Shown here piece after piece: positions 51,943 through 64,000 of a DNA stretch of 64,000 nt (position 1 is its first letter; every line of letters starts with the position of its first letter). Under the pieces are notes generated by a model. It made no database searches. It worked only from the letters and a program-made list of their open reading frames with translations, and was not told the origin of the DNA. The stretch lies in contig NW_027266270.1 in NCBI RefSeq assembly GCF_022045235.1, positions 21,390,001-21,454,000 on the forward strand. The letters run 5' to 3'. Origin of the DNA: Haliotis cracherodii. Lineage: Eukaryota. Both the position numbers and the translations under genes were made by a program.

Positions 51943-52130
51943 GTTTGCACAACCTGGAATGTTATCTGTCTGAACTGAAGAAATACATGCCAGAAATAAA
52001 ACAGCCTGTGTTACAAGTTGCTTCGCAAGCCAGTAATGTGCCAGTATTAGCAGCCAGTAATGTGCTGATCAGAACAGGCATCAGGATGCATGTGATCAAT
52101 GTAATGGCGCGCAATCTGTTTGTGTTAATT
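51943..52130 (+). pseudogene. PAN/apple-like exon relic with in-frame stops
   Basis: One frame reads EEIHARNKTACVTSCFASQ*CASIS..., a PAN-like CxxxC-x5-C spacing. Confidence 0.35.
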
Positions 52131-52704
52131 TCTGGCATATTCGTGTGCGTTATATTTAACATAACGGTATAAAGCCCGTATATGCTTCTTAAAGCAGTTG
52201 TTACCGACGCCATTTGGGTACCCCGGCGACAAAGTAAAGTGTTGAGACCAATAGGGTTGCCAGAAACCAAAGTTCGTTGGTTTAAATCCCAGTTTTGCTC
52301 TGAATATGTTCCTTGATTTGTCAGCACCATAATCATGCTAATTGGTTTCAGTTTAGGTGGAAAACGTTAAAACCCATCATGATGACGGGCTTTCTTCCCA
52401 AGTTAAGCTGACGCATCGTGTCATAACTGAAATGTTGTTCAAATCGGCGTGAAACCAAAGTCCCCTATTCACACCAAGGAAACATAGAAGAATATTACAC
52501 AAAGAGAGAACAGCTCAGCCAGTCTTTTGATGAAAGACGACACACAAAACATTCAATTGTTCTTCAATTTCTTGCGACAATCCGCATGTTTGGGTCGCTT
52601 TCAGACAATCAGAACAATACACCTATTACAGTCAACGAGCAAATCATGGCGAAATTTCACCAAATGCAATACATTTACAATATGATATTGCTATATATTT
52701 ACAG

Positions 52705-52812
52705 TCCCGATATGTACTACTGACGATGCCTGCAAGAATGGTGGGGTTTGCAACAAGGCAGTCTCGCCATACGCTTGTGCATGTGTTACTGGTTACACCG
52801 GCAAGGTTTGTG
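52705..52812 (+). CDS. Intact phase 1-1 EGF-like exon (108 bp)
   Basis: tttacag|TC CCG...TGT G|gtatgt; PICTTDDACKNGGVCNKAVSPYACACVTGYTGKVC, with six Cys. Confidence 0.82.
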
Positions 52813-53109
52813 GTATGTATTCATCTGCATCAGTACAGTCGACACTCTTCAGAATTGAGGTGTTTATCGCATATTCGTCCACAGTAGAGTCTTATTGTTG
52901 GTTCCTTTTGACGGACTTAACTTAAGATGATTATTTGAATAAATTACACATTAACTTGTACCTTTGAATTGACACAATATTAATCAAACGAGGATCAGGT
53001 GTCAAGGAGGGAAATCAGCATCATTTCGAATATGGTGTTTTGTATTCTCAATTGCCAAACGAGTGATGAGGATCGGAATTAAGTCATTACATTCACGGAT
53101 AACTGATAT

Positions 53110-53400
53110 TTCAAAGCTTTGAATAGTGTAACCTTGATCAAACAACATTAGAGCATGAGTTTTATGACGCGTACGTTCTTTGAAATCTTCGTTGAAAGAG
53201 CATGCGCGATTGTACCTCATCAGTTGTGAAATGTAGATCCCAAAGGCTGGAATATTGCTCAGCATTAAGGATAAGTTGACAATTTAATGAATTGAAGTCA
53301 TTCCTCTCTGAATCTGAGATATTCGCAGTTCAACTTGTCACCTCGAAGGTGATAATCTCAGATATGCATACAAAATGTTCTGTGCCATAATGACACGTCA
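53110..53400 (-). mobile_element. Penelope-like RT C-terminal fragment
   Basis: SNIPAFGIYISQLMRYNRACSFNEDFKER...LFDQGY. Confidence 0.75.
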
Positions 53401-53589
53401 AGCTCTAACGAAAGTTGATGTTCCGTCGAAATACATTGTGCAGTTCAAGAACTAGTGTGAACATGAACATATATGGAGAATGGACCAAGAAACCATTGGT
53501 CATCACGCGTTGTAATGCAACAACTTGAACTGACCCACACATGAAGGGTTAGCAATAAATAGCATCATTATCTTCAGACGGTTTAATTG

Positions 53590-56500
53590 TAATCAGTTAC
53601 CGCAAGGCATCTACAATGTGACCATACTGTTGTCGGTGAATATTTCTATCTGGATTTATACACTTGGAGTCAGTGTTAAATGTTTCTGTAATTACTTTTA
53701 TTTGGTTGGTTGCTTGCGCTGCATTTAGAAATAAGAAATCCTTAACAAGGCCGCCTATACATCTACATGGCTGGGTCACATTCATCTACAAAGACGCTGA
53801 GTCTGAGCACCCGATCTAATTTAGTCGCCTCTTACGAGACACAATAGATTGGTGGACCTAATATATCCGAGTGATGTGTCATTGTTTGATTCTGTGTCAT
53901 ATGTTGAGTAGCCAACAATTAGTTAAGGCAAATAATCAAGATTTGTCTGTGTAGTCAATGCATTGTCCTCAGAAATGTAACTTCCATGTTTCAAGAAATA
54001 GATGTTTCAATTCAACAAAGACACGCCATTCTGTCAATAAAATCGACAAAACACTTTCATATTCATTAGAATATACGAGTGTCCCGTGGATTGCTAAATA
54101 CGCTAAATAGCAGGAAAAGGTCTGCACTTGCTTGTCTTCATGCACAAGCAATACCGACAGTTTTAGAGAACGATCCCGTTACCTGTCTCTTACAACAAGT
54201 GTAGATTGCTGAAGGGCAATTTAATCTGGGTCTTCACAGGGGCTGTGGGAAAGTGGTGGAAACACTCTGTAAAATACTTCTGATATGTAGGTACTATAAT
54301 TTGAAACTGATCATGACACATGTATATACCAGATAACCCTGGAAGCTGCTCCTCCAGGTACGAAAGCGGCAAAATGCAGGTAAGATGTATAATTGGTTTT
54401 GTGACAAATACTCTGTCTTGCAAAACTACGAGGAAATCTGCACAGGGAAATGAAAACGCATTTCGGTGTCCTAATTAGATAGGTGCCACAGAAACAATAA
54501 TCTGTCTTTTCTGACCTCGACCTTTGTTAACACGTGTGTTCTGTTCACGGAGACTTTACTCACTATCTTCACCCTGCTGTATGAATGTATGTGCAACTAA
54601 TAAAACTGAGTGGTCATGAGAACCGCGCAATCGTCAGTCTGTGCTACTGGCGAGCAGCTCTAGCTGCTACAGATTGCCCAGGAATGCATCTTCCATTTAC
54701 AAGATACAAAACACGTGTTTAATTCAATGAAGAATAAGGATACTGTTGACAAAACTGACAATTCTTTTAAAAGGTGCCATGCTAAAATCTCACTCAAGTA
54801 ACACCACACATGTGTCTATATCTATGTTAAGTCTTCACGATATACGTGTAAAGCGTTACCTTAATAGGAGAAACGTTCAGTCGTGAACACTCAAATGCGT
54901 ACCTGAGTGGGTCATTATTATTTCACGTAAAAGTCAGTAACATTCCAACTATACCCTGGCATAATGTTAATAATAAACGAACAACGTCACCGGGGCATGA
55001 TGACTGAATCTTTTTTTTTAATCGACACGTCATGCATAGGGTGGTTGGTGACAAAACCCTTTCAATATTCATCAGAAATATCTACCAAGAGCTGATTGTA
55101 CAATTCCGAAAACGTGAACGTACGTGTATCCTGCCACACCGGTAGTTCCCGTCACAAACACATGCAAAGGCAAATAAAAAAATACGTGAACATATTGTAA
55201 AGTGAAAATAGGTAATGGCATCTGACATAAGTTTTGTCCCTGATGCGTCAAATTTGGAAATGTCATCCACATTTCTACCATAGAGTGTTTTTTGAGGGAT
55301 TGAATGTTGTAACCTTGATCAAACAACTTCTGAGAAAGATTCGTATGTCGCTGCTTGAAATCTTGAAAGAAAGAGCATGCTCGATTTTACCTTTAACGTA
55401 GTGAGATGAAGACTTCAAGGGCTGGAGCTGCAAGAATATTGCTCTTGTCATACAGGTGGAGAGAAAACCATTAGCGCCGCGATATCGACCACGCAGGACA
55501 CCACAAACAGAACGTTTAAGGTCGTTTCACAAACCACTTAGTTTACAAAGCGTTATAAAATCTTACTGACTGAAAGACAGACCAGCATATGTTTAAATAA
55601 TCTTCGCTCTGAGGTGGCGACATTTGCCATCATTTCGGATGTAATCCATATAGGGAATGTCCAGTACATAATTCACATACTAAATGCTAAAGACGATTTT
55701 GACTTTATTTCACTTATAAACGAGTTGATACTGCGATGGAGTTCCTGGCATACACATGTTTAATTGATATGCATATGCGGATCTGTACGGAGGTTGAAGG
55801 GGGGCGCAAACATATAGTATCCAACATGTTTGAAGCACACTAAACATTTATGCTGTCAGAAGTTTTATAATAAGCACACAATGAGTAATAAGAGTAAGTA
55901 ATCCTTACCATGTTTATATGAAATCTGCTATAGCAGAGTCTATTGTATAATTCCGACTACGGATAGGGCTTGGGAAGGGAATTGAAATCGGAGAGGAAAA
56001 TATTGCTGCTTTAGCTCATGCAGATGATATTGCTCTATTGGGAGAACATGTAGCAGACTTGCAAACTCTCTTATCAGCCCTGAACACATGGTGTGAAGAT
56101 AATAAGATGTATACACAATCAGAAAAATCCTAGATTGTCCACTTTAGAGGTCCTAGCATTCCAAGGACAGCAACAGTATTCTAGAGTTGTGATACCGTTT
56201 TAGGCGATGAACATTCGTATCATTATCTCGGTGTGCTTTTAACCGAACACCTAGACTATAACGCAATTGCTTATTGTGCGGCGAAATAAGCAAACACATT
56301 TAAAGCAATTGATGGTATGCCTTTTAACGTTTATACCAAACTATACGACACTGTGGTATGGTCGGTTTTAAACTATACCGGCAATATGAGGAACGACAGA
56401 GTATTCTGTTGTCAATGCTTTCCACCATCGGGCTATTTGATTTTTCCGAGGACTTGGAAAATATGCACCAAACATTGCAATAAATGGAGAAGTAAGTTGG

Positions 56501-59500
56501 ATCGCACCATATATCAGATCATGGACAAGAGTCTCAAGACACTTGGCCAGATTTATCAACATTCCAAACAGAAGAATAACCAAGAGGATATGTGTGTGAT
56601 CAAGCAGCTGCAAGAGGAGCTGGAATGTTAGAGTGACGTCATGTCTAGAGAGAATCGACCTGGGACATTTGACAAGCATAAATACCCAAACTGAAACAAA
56701 GTTATTTGTTGCAACGATGCAAGAACTCCTTATGTTGGAATATAAGTCTAAATGGAGGGACAAATGATTGTTGGAGAAAGGAAACCGTGAAAGAAACTAA
56801 CTAAGAAGCTACAGGTTGTTAAAGAAAGTCAATAGCACAGTAAAATACGTGGAATATCCTCTCAGTGTTGCTCACAGGAGCTCCCCAGCTAAATCCAGCT
56901 GCGGAGTGGCCCCATTTAAGATAGAGACTGGACGTTACACTAACATACCACCAGAAGAGATTTTGCTAGATTTGAACATACCAGCTGGAAGACGAGATCC
57001 ATGTTTTACTTATCTTTATACGACGACGCGAGGGCTGATCTTCTGAATCACCGTAAGTTACGAATTTTAATAATTACTCTTATAGTGAAAGGTTTACACA
57101 GATTTTATCAAATGTTGATATGATTTCTTGCGTGGCCAAAACCCGCCATAACATTTTAGCAAATCGACGTTCCATTAATATCTACCCTCGATACAAAATT
57201 CCTGGTTGCACTTGTTGTTTCAATCTTAGCTAATTGATAGTTTTAGTAATACATCCCGTCATTTGTTCAAAAACCTTCATTTTTATCTTCTCAATATGAG
57301 GAAGGTCGGTATCATTTGAAAAACTAAGTATGTAGTAAATGAATATTAACTCATAGTAATTCTGTGTTAAGCGTCGATCTCCATTATAAAATGTGGTTGC
57401 CATAAGACGGAATACACATATATGTACATTCCCTGATTCAAATTATTCGAATTTCTGAAATGTCTAACACATGTTTCTACACATAAACGGTGTGTGGTCA
57501 TGACCATGGCGTTAGCGTGATTGTTAATGTGTCAACGTTTCTCTAGTTTATCAGGCGCTGTAAAATTTGTAGCCATTCAATAATTCGTTTGATGATTGTA
57601 GATTTTGTACAAAACACGTACGTCAAACTAGCATCAGGCAACAGTTATCTTTTTTCTCCGATGTCGGAAGCGTCCATGTTTAAACCCTTATGGTGTGACT
57701 GAATGACGTGTAGAGTTATCGCATGTAAAATTATGGTTGTTTAATAAAAGGCATATGCACTTTTTGTGTATCGTGTACCTATGCATAATTGATTATTGTA
57801 TGGATTTTTATGGATTACCAACATACATTGATCAAAGGGTCAGTTCTGAATCGTAGCATAAACAAATTATTTATCTGAATTGACGTTTATTTAGCATTAC
57901 TTGCTATCAGTCATGGAAATCGATCACCATAAGTATCAAAACCTTGCATTGCAAAGTTAAAGAATATTTGAAATGGGTAGACAAGGAGCAACTTGGTAAA
58001 CAGACACATGGACAGATATGCCCGGATAGCCGAAAAAAGAAGAAAAAGAGTGATACTGAAACAAACAATTAGAAAACTAAAAAAGCACTTTACAGACGGA
58101 TGCGGATGTGATACAGACGGATGCGGAAGTGATTTGAGACATTTTGAGTGAGTGAGTGAATATAATTTCACGCCACATTTTGCATTGTTCAAAATAGGGA
58201 GACACCAGAAATGGCATTCGTGCATTGTAACACTTTTGGGATTTGAACCCAGCACAACGAGCCCACCACTTGTCTTACTAACTGTCCCTGACATATTTTG
58301 ATAATAAGAGCGACCGAGCAGTCTATATATTCGTTTTAGTTCGCCCTCGGGCTGTCATAAACACACATGATGTAATTGATGCGTGGAAATAGTACCATGC
58401 GTGAGTAATCCATATTTGTGACCATCTCTATTTCAATGGGAGACACCGCCCCAATTTGCTCGCTAGGTGGCGCAAATGTACTAGTGGTTATATGTCACAA
58501 CCGGAAGTCAGCTTTCAAAGTGGCTCGTATGGAAGATTCACTCGACCGTTATCAGCTATGCCAAGATACTGCTCTGTTCCGGGTTCTAAAAATAAGATTG
58601 GAGGACATAAATACCCTTCAGACCCCGACCTGCAACAAAAGTGGCACGTGGCGGTAAGAAGATTTGATGTTCCAGCAAAGAATCTGTGGAAGCCAAGGAC
58701 AGGCGACGTAGTCTGTAGGGCTCACTTCACTGATGATGATTTCGTGGATACACGATTAGGTTCGTAAAAAAAGTATTATTTTGTCTGTTGAGAATGATAA
58801 ATAATTATTTGTGCATGGTTTTCTTACTGTTTTTTTTGTATATTGGCAAAGAAAAGCGCAAAAGCAGAACATATTAGCCTATAACAAATATCGAATAGCC
58901 AATATCCTCATGATACTGGTAACTGGGCCCTGTTTATCAGCTGTTCATTCACAGACCCAAACATTAATGAATAGGCCTAAACATTTGATTGTATATTTAT
59001 TTATGTATGTTATTATGTAAACAATCTCTCTTTTATTAACTATAACAACGAAGTAAATTTATTCATAGACAAAAATATACATGTCAAAATGTGATTTATT
59101 AATATTGAATAGCCAATATCCTCATGCTACTGTTCAGCAGCTGTTCATTCACAGACCCATTTTCCTAAGTAAATATGATTAAGTTTCTGCTTGCATAAAG
59201 CAATGTAAAGATATTTCTATAATCAGAGCTCCAGATAGCTTATTTTGTGCAAATGAGTTTTTATTCTAGGGTTTCTATTTTAAATGGGTTATAAGTATAA
59301 CATTTTTCATAGGGTAACCAATATCATTTCAATCATCCATTCATGACTCTATTCGGATTTTCCCAAAATTAGTGAACATTTATCATGAGATATATATAAC
59401 TGTACTTAATATATAGTCTTGACTCAGATAGTAAATTAGCTCATAATTGTGTTTCGGAAATTAGCCCTGTTTTACGATTGCTGAAAAAGCTTCATTGGGT

Positions 59501-62170
59501 ATTAACGCATGCTGTTTTCATACATTTGAGTTTTTCCATAAATGCATGCGTTTTTGTACACAAGATAATCAGTGTGTAATTGGGTTTTTAATATTTTTGG
59601 GGAGTATTTTACACAAATGTGCAGCTTATCTGTAGCTCTGTATAGCGTACACACACATTTTGATAATGAATATCATACAAAAACAACCATGAATGTGTCT
59701 TCAACTTGTGTATTGTTGATTTATGCCATGTTTGCAAGTGAATTTAGATAATATTATTTTGGTTGATTCCTTGTTAAATGTTTGTTCTTGTTGCTTTGTG
59801 TTAAATTCCTGTTTTTAAGGAGCCATACAAACGATGACAAGCCTGAAGCTTCCGACAGAAGAATTACTCAATAAGGCCTGGGAAACTCAGTTTTGTACAA
59901 TTTTCTATTATTGGTAAACTCTATAAGTAAATCACTAGAGGAATTTGAGGTCGTTCGACATGTAACATTACTTCATTGTTGTTAAATTTTCACCTGCATT
60001 TTCATATAATTAATAAGACCTGCTTATTTTCTTAATTCTTAAGAGGAAAATCACCTCAATATGCATTTGTTTTCTTTTCAATAAATTGAAACCTTTCATT
60101 TTTCTGTAACTTACGTTAAATGTATTTAACATAAGGTGAACGAAGTCGTCTCCGGGCAGCTGCGGTTCCCTCCATCTTCCCACATACATCATGCACCAGT
60201 ACATCAGCACTACCAACTCGACCAAAGAGGGCACATCAACTCCGTGAAGAAGAAGCCAACATAGCTATATTGAATGTGTCGTCGGAGGTGGAAATCGGTA
60301 TTGGAGAGGATTGTGCTATCACAAGCCCAAGTAGCTTGAATGAGCCTCTTGAAACATGTAAAAGTGACTCTCAGTCTACTCAGTGCAGTTTGTTAGGAAG
60401 TTGTTCCATAGAAACCTACATAAAAAATCCCAAAGCTGTTTTGTACTTTGCTGGTTTCCAAGATTATGACCATTTCATGTTTTTCTTTCACTCGCTTGGT
60501 CCAGCAGTTTATGAACTGAACTATCAATGTGAACTCTTGCACCCAAAAGACCAACTGTTCTTAACTCTAATGAAATTAAGACAGGCCAAGGATGACATTG
60601 AATTAAGTTTCTTGTTTGGCATACCATCATCCACTGTTTCCCAAATTGTAATAACATGGATCAATTTCTTATATCTCCAACTGAAGAAACTACAGATATG
60701 GCCATCAAGAGCAACTGTTGATGATCACATGCCAACAGATTTCGGTAAGAAGTTTAAAAATACTAGAGTCATTTTGGATGCAACAGAGATACCAATAAAG
60801 AAGCCATCTCATGTTGATGCTCAGAGCATGACATGGTCCAGCTGTAAACATCAAAACACATTGAAAACCATGATCGGTTGCACACCCAGGGGGGGCAGTC
60901 TCATTTATTAGTGAATCTTTTGGGGGGTCTGCGAGTGACAGACAGATCATAGAACAGTCTCCTTTACTTAACCCATCACATGGTATGTTTGAAAAACAAG
61001 ATAGCATTATGGCTGACAAGGGCATTATGGTTCAAGACTTATTTGCAGCCCAAGATGTTCAAGTAAACACCCCAACTATGTTAAAAGGCAAGTCACAGTT
61101 AGAACCAGAAGATGTTGTTAAGGATAGAAGAATTGCTTCTAAAAGAATCCATGTTGAACGTATAATTGGTCTGAGTAAAACTTTCAAAATTCTGAAAAAA
61201 ACATCTCCCACCAAGTAAAGTAGTACTTGGATCGCGGAATGTTTATGTTTGTTTTGCTATTTCAAATTTCAGAAATTCCATTGTAAATGAATTTGCTTGA
61301 AACATCTCTTCTTTGTGATATCTGTGACTGAAATTTGTAGTAGTAGTAGTAGTAGAATTTTATTCAGTAGTGTGAGTTATTGAGAATTGTTAAACACCAC
61401 TTTTAGCAATATTCCAGCAATATCATGGCGGAGGACACCAGAAATGAGCTTCACCCATGTTACCCAAGTCGGGAATTGAACCCGGGTCTTCGGCGTGACG
61501 AGTATACACTTTAGACATAAGGCCACCCCACTGCCTTATACAGTAGTAATATAATCGGTATGGTCACATGGCCTATAGTACAGTTTTTCGTAATAATAAG
61601 TGGTCATGTGAGAGCTCGTAATTTGAAAACATGTTTCATATACAGAGCAACAGATTTAAGGATATGTACAGTTCTTGTATTTAGCTTATTGACCATTGAA
61701 TGCGTGTTGTTAAAGCTATGAAAAGGTAATTTTAATTACAGAGTAAGCATATAAACCTAATATGATACTCATCTTCAACAAAATCTAAATGACAGTAGAC
61801 CCGGGAAGATTCCGGGGTAGAATCGGTCTTCAGCAACCCATGCTTGCCGTAAAAGGCAACTAACGGGATCGGGTGCTCAGGCTCGCTCACTTGGTTGATG
61901 CATGTCATCTATCCCAATTGCGTGGATTGATGCTCATGATGTCAATCACTGGATTGTCTGATCCAGACTCGATGGTTTACAGACCGCTGTCATTTAGCTG
62001 GAACATTGCGGCGTAAAACAACAAACAATCAAACCAACTAAATGACAATATGTATATAAAGTATTAAAGTTACCTACATTTTCACATTTATGGAGCTGAA
62101 CTGAATTCATTAAAGCTTTAAAATGTGACTGGTGGTGTTGAAAATTCAATTTGTAAGGTAAAGTCTAACA
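53590..62170 (+). repeat. Segmental duplication, copy 2 (homologous to 1-8621)
   Basis: Colinear near-identity with 1-8621. Confidence 0.97.
58558..61300 (+). pseudogene. Spliced THAP-HTH-DDE transposase (exon 1 58558-58759, exon 2 60136-61300) with two homopolymer frameshifts
   Basis: Same structure as copy 1. The THAP second Cys is mutated to Ser, with +1 G near 60895 and +1 A near 61200. The ILDATE/MADKG/IHVER triad is intact. Confidence 0.88.
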
Positions 62171-63532
62171 ATACCTAATATGATGTACATAATGAATACT
62201 ATTGACAATCACTTGTGTGATATATATAGTCCTACATTGTCTGAAAATTACTTCATTATTTGCACCAACATTTTTCAAAGGTTGAAACATTTCAATCAAA
62301 CATATGTCATTTTTAGTCAAAGAGACAGTTTTTAACAGCAATGGGCTCACAATATTTCAGTTATTTGAGGCTTATCCCACTGAAAACATATTCATACAAG
62401 GCTAACCTTACATTTGTACTGGCTTCTGGCTTTCAACTGAGTGTGAAAATCTCCTCACGACCCAAAAAGTGTATGGAGTGTAACTTGTGACACACGCATG
62501 TCATATCAAAATGTGAATCTCTCATGTGTCAAAGAAATTGCTTCTTTTCATTAGTTACTTATGCATATGGTAAGCTTTGAAATGAAAGATAAAGGTGACA
62601 TGCTGTCATTTTGTTTGGTGGTATTACCATATATAGTCAAACAATTGATTGGCAAACCAAAACCACAATATTTTAACTTTGCCAATTACCTGTAATCGTC
62701 TCAAACCACAGCAGATTATTATTTCTAACTCTGTGTACTGTAGTTACACCTGAGCTCAATGTACCGCTCCACTGATGCTCTTACAATGTGTATGTACATC
62801 GTGGTAACAGGTTGTAAACCTGTTCAGTGAAATCTGGAGGAAACCCAAAATCTTTCTCTTGAGTGTCTGAATAAACATGTGTATATATGGAACATTAGTT
62901 GAGTACTGTGTATATTCTTCAAATGGAATCTTCATGAATCTTCAACTTCACACTAAACTGTCTCAATGGTAGCTAAATCATTTTGGACATGTGTATGATT
63001 TACAATTGAAATTGCTTATTCATTGCAAATATAGATCAAGGCACAGAATATGCATGATGTATGCACAATATAATAATTTGTATTAATATAACATTTGATG
63101 TTGACATGAGCATGTGAAACAAATTGATATTTGGAAAATATGTGAACTTATTTGGATATTTTTTTTCTTAAGTGATACAGAGTTTACTACACCCAAGCAT
63201 AAAATGATACTTTAGTTATAAAGACTGACAAACAGTCACCATTTGTCACAATAACTTTCCAAAATGTTGATTTGATGCTAGAGACCAATTACCGAATAAG
63301 AGAAAAGACCATCATCAACAAAAAGTCCAAGGAATATTCCTATTAGATCTGGATATAACTGTATGACATTTTTAGATTTTGAGTTAATTTCAGGAATAAG
63401 ACAACCTGATTGTGCTTATTACACAAACACAACTCCCAATGGGAATCAAACATACGGTTATTACCACTGGTACATACACAAGCTCGGACTCATAAATGCC
63501 TTAATGATGTATCCAAGGGAAAAAAACATGAT

Positions 63533-64000
63533 TTACAATGTAGAAGCAATGTATGGTCTTAGATGTTTGGTATAGAACAGTTCAAGTTTTGGAATTAATG
63601 AGTACTGACAGAAATCTTTATCAACACTGACCTTTTCTACAATCATGTCACAGAATGTGTAAACAACAAAATAGCAAAATTGACGCTTTGCTAAGTACAT
63701 CTGTCCCTGTACCTGACAGTAGTAGTGGCTACTGGGATTTAAACAAATCTGATTGTTAACATTGTAATGAAGATATGGAAAATGTTTACAAGGTTTAATG
63801 TGATCATTTCTTCCAGCATATGGACATTTCACCTCAACCAAAATATCAGCATCAATAATGGCATCTTGCGTAGCACCGAGATAGGGTTCGGAACAGGAAA
63901 CAAATAGACCTGCCTTCTTTGTTTTGATATTGTACATGGATTCAAATTTTGAAAGTGCTCTTTTTTCATACTGCTTTCCATGAATTACAGGCTTACATGA
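63533..64000 (-). CDS. YqaJ-like (lambda-exonuclease family, PD-(D/E)xK) nuclease, C-terminal part; open to the window edge
   Basis: HGKQYE, GLFVS..PYLGATQD, VEVKCPY and YYCQVQGQM motifs; no stop between 64000 and 63533. Confidence 0.9.
   Translation of the reverse strand, partial: SCKPVIHGKQYEKRALSKFESMYNIKTKKAGLFVSCSEPYLGATQDAIIDADILVEVKCPYAGRNDHIKPCKHFPYLHYNVNNQICLNPSSHYYCQVQGQMYLAKRQFCYFVVYTFCDMIVEKVSVDKDFCQYSLIPKLELFYTKHLRPYIASTL

Larger units (their letters stand above)
58306..64000 (+). mobile_element. ISL2EU/PHIS-type DNA transposon, copy 2 (transposase plus convergent YqaJ gene; continues beyond the window)
   Basis: THAP-HTH-DDE transposase on + and a YqaJ exonuclease on -, the two-gene arrangement of ISL2EU elements. 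Confidence 0.8.

Overview
This is AT-rich, repeat-dense eukaryotic (animal) DNA. The SINE, LINE and Penelope repertoire suggests a mollusc, possibly a gastropod such as abalone; that is an inference. Most ORFs in the supplied track are noise or transposon debris. (1) Main result: an apparently intact six-exon minus-strand gene (30494->19555) that the ORF track misses. It has a TATA box, phase-consistent GT-AG introns and a polyA signal. It encodes a 169-aa protein with a signal peptide, two tandem six-cysteine domains and a GPI-type C-terminal signal. By eye the domains resemble the BMP-binding N-terminal three-helix domain of RGM/hemojuvelin, but the vWD domain is absent. (2) A block of at least 8.6 kb (1-8621) is duplicated about 53.6 kb downstream (53590-62170). 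It carries an ISL2EU/PHIS-type transposon with a spliced THAP-HTH-DDE transposase. The second copy continues into a convergent YqaJ exonuclease gene that runs off the window; the first is truncated. (3) Other elements: three Tc1/mariner copies (one inside unrelated 107-bp inverted repeats), a 5'-truncated I/Nimb LINE with RNase H and a TSD, RTE-X, R4/Dong and Penelope-like fragments, a Crypton-like hairpin element and several MITEs. (4) Three SINE families share the Nimb LINE 3' tail. One has about 25 copies, no tRNA head and a predicted structured 5' RNA. (5) EGF and PAN-like exon relics lie at about 50.4-52.8 kb.
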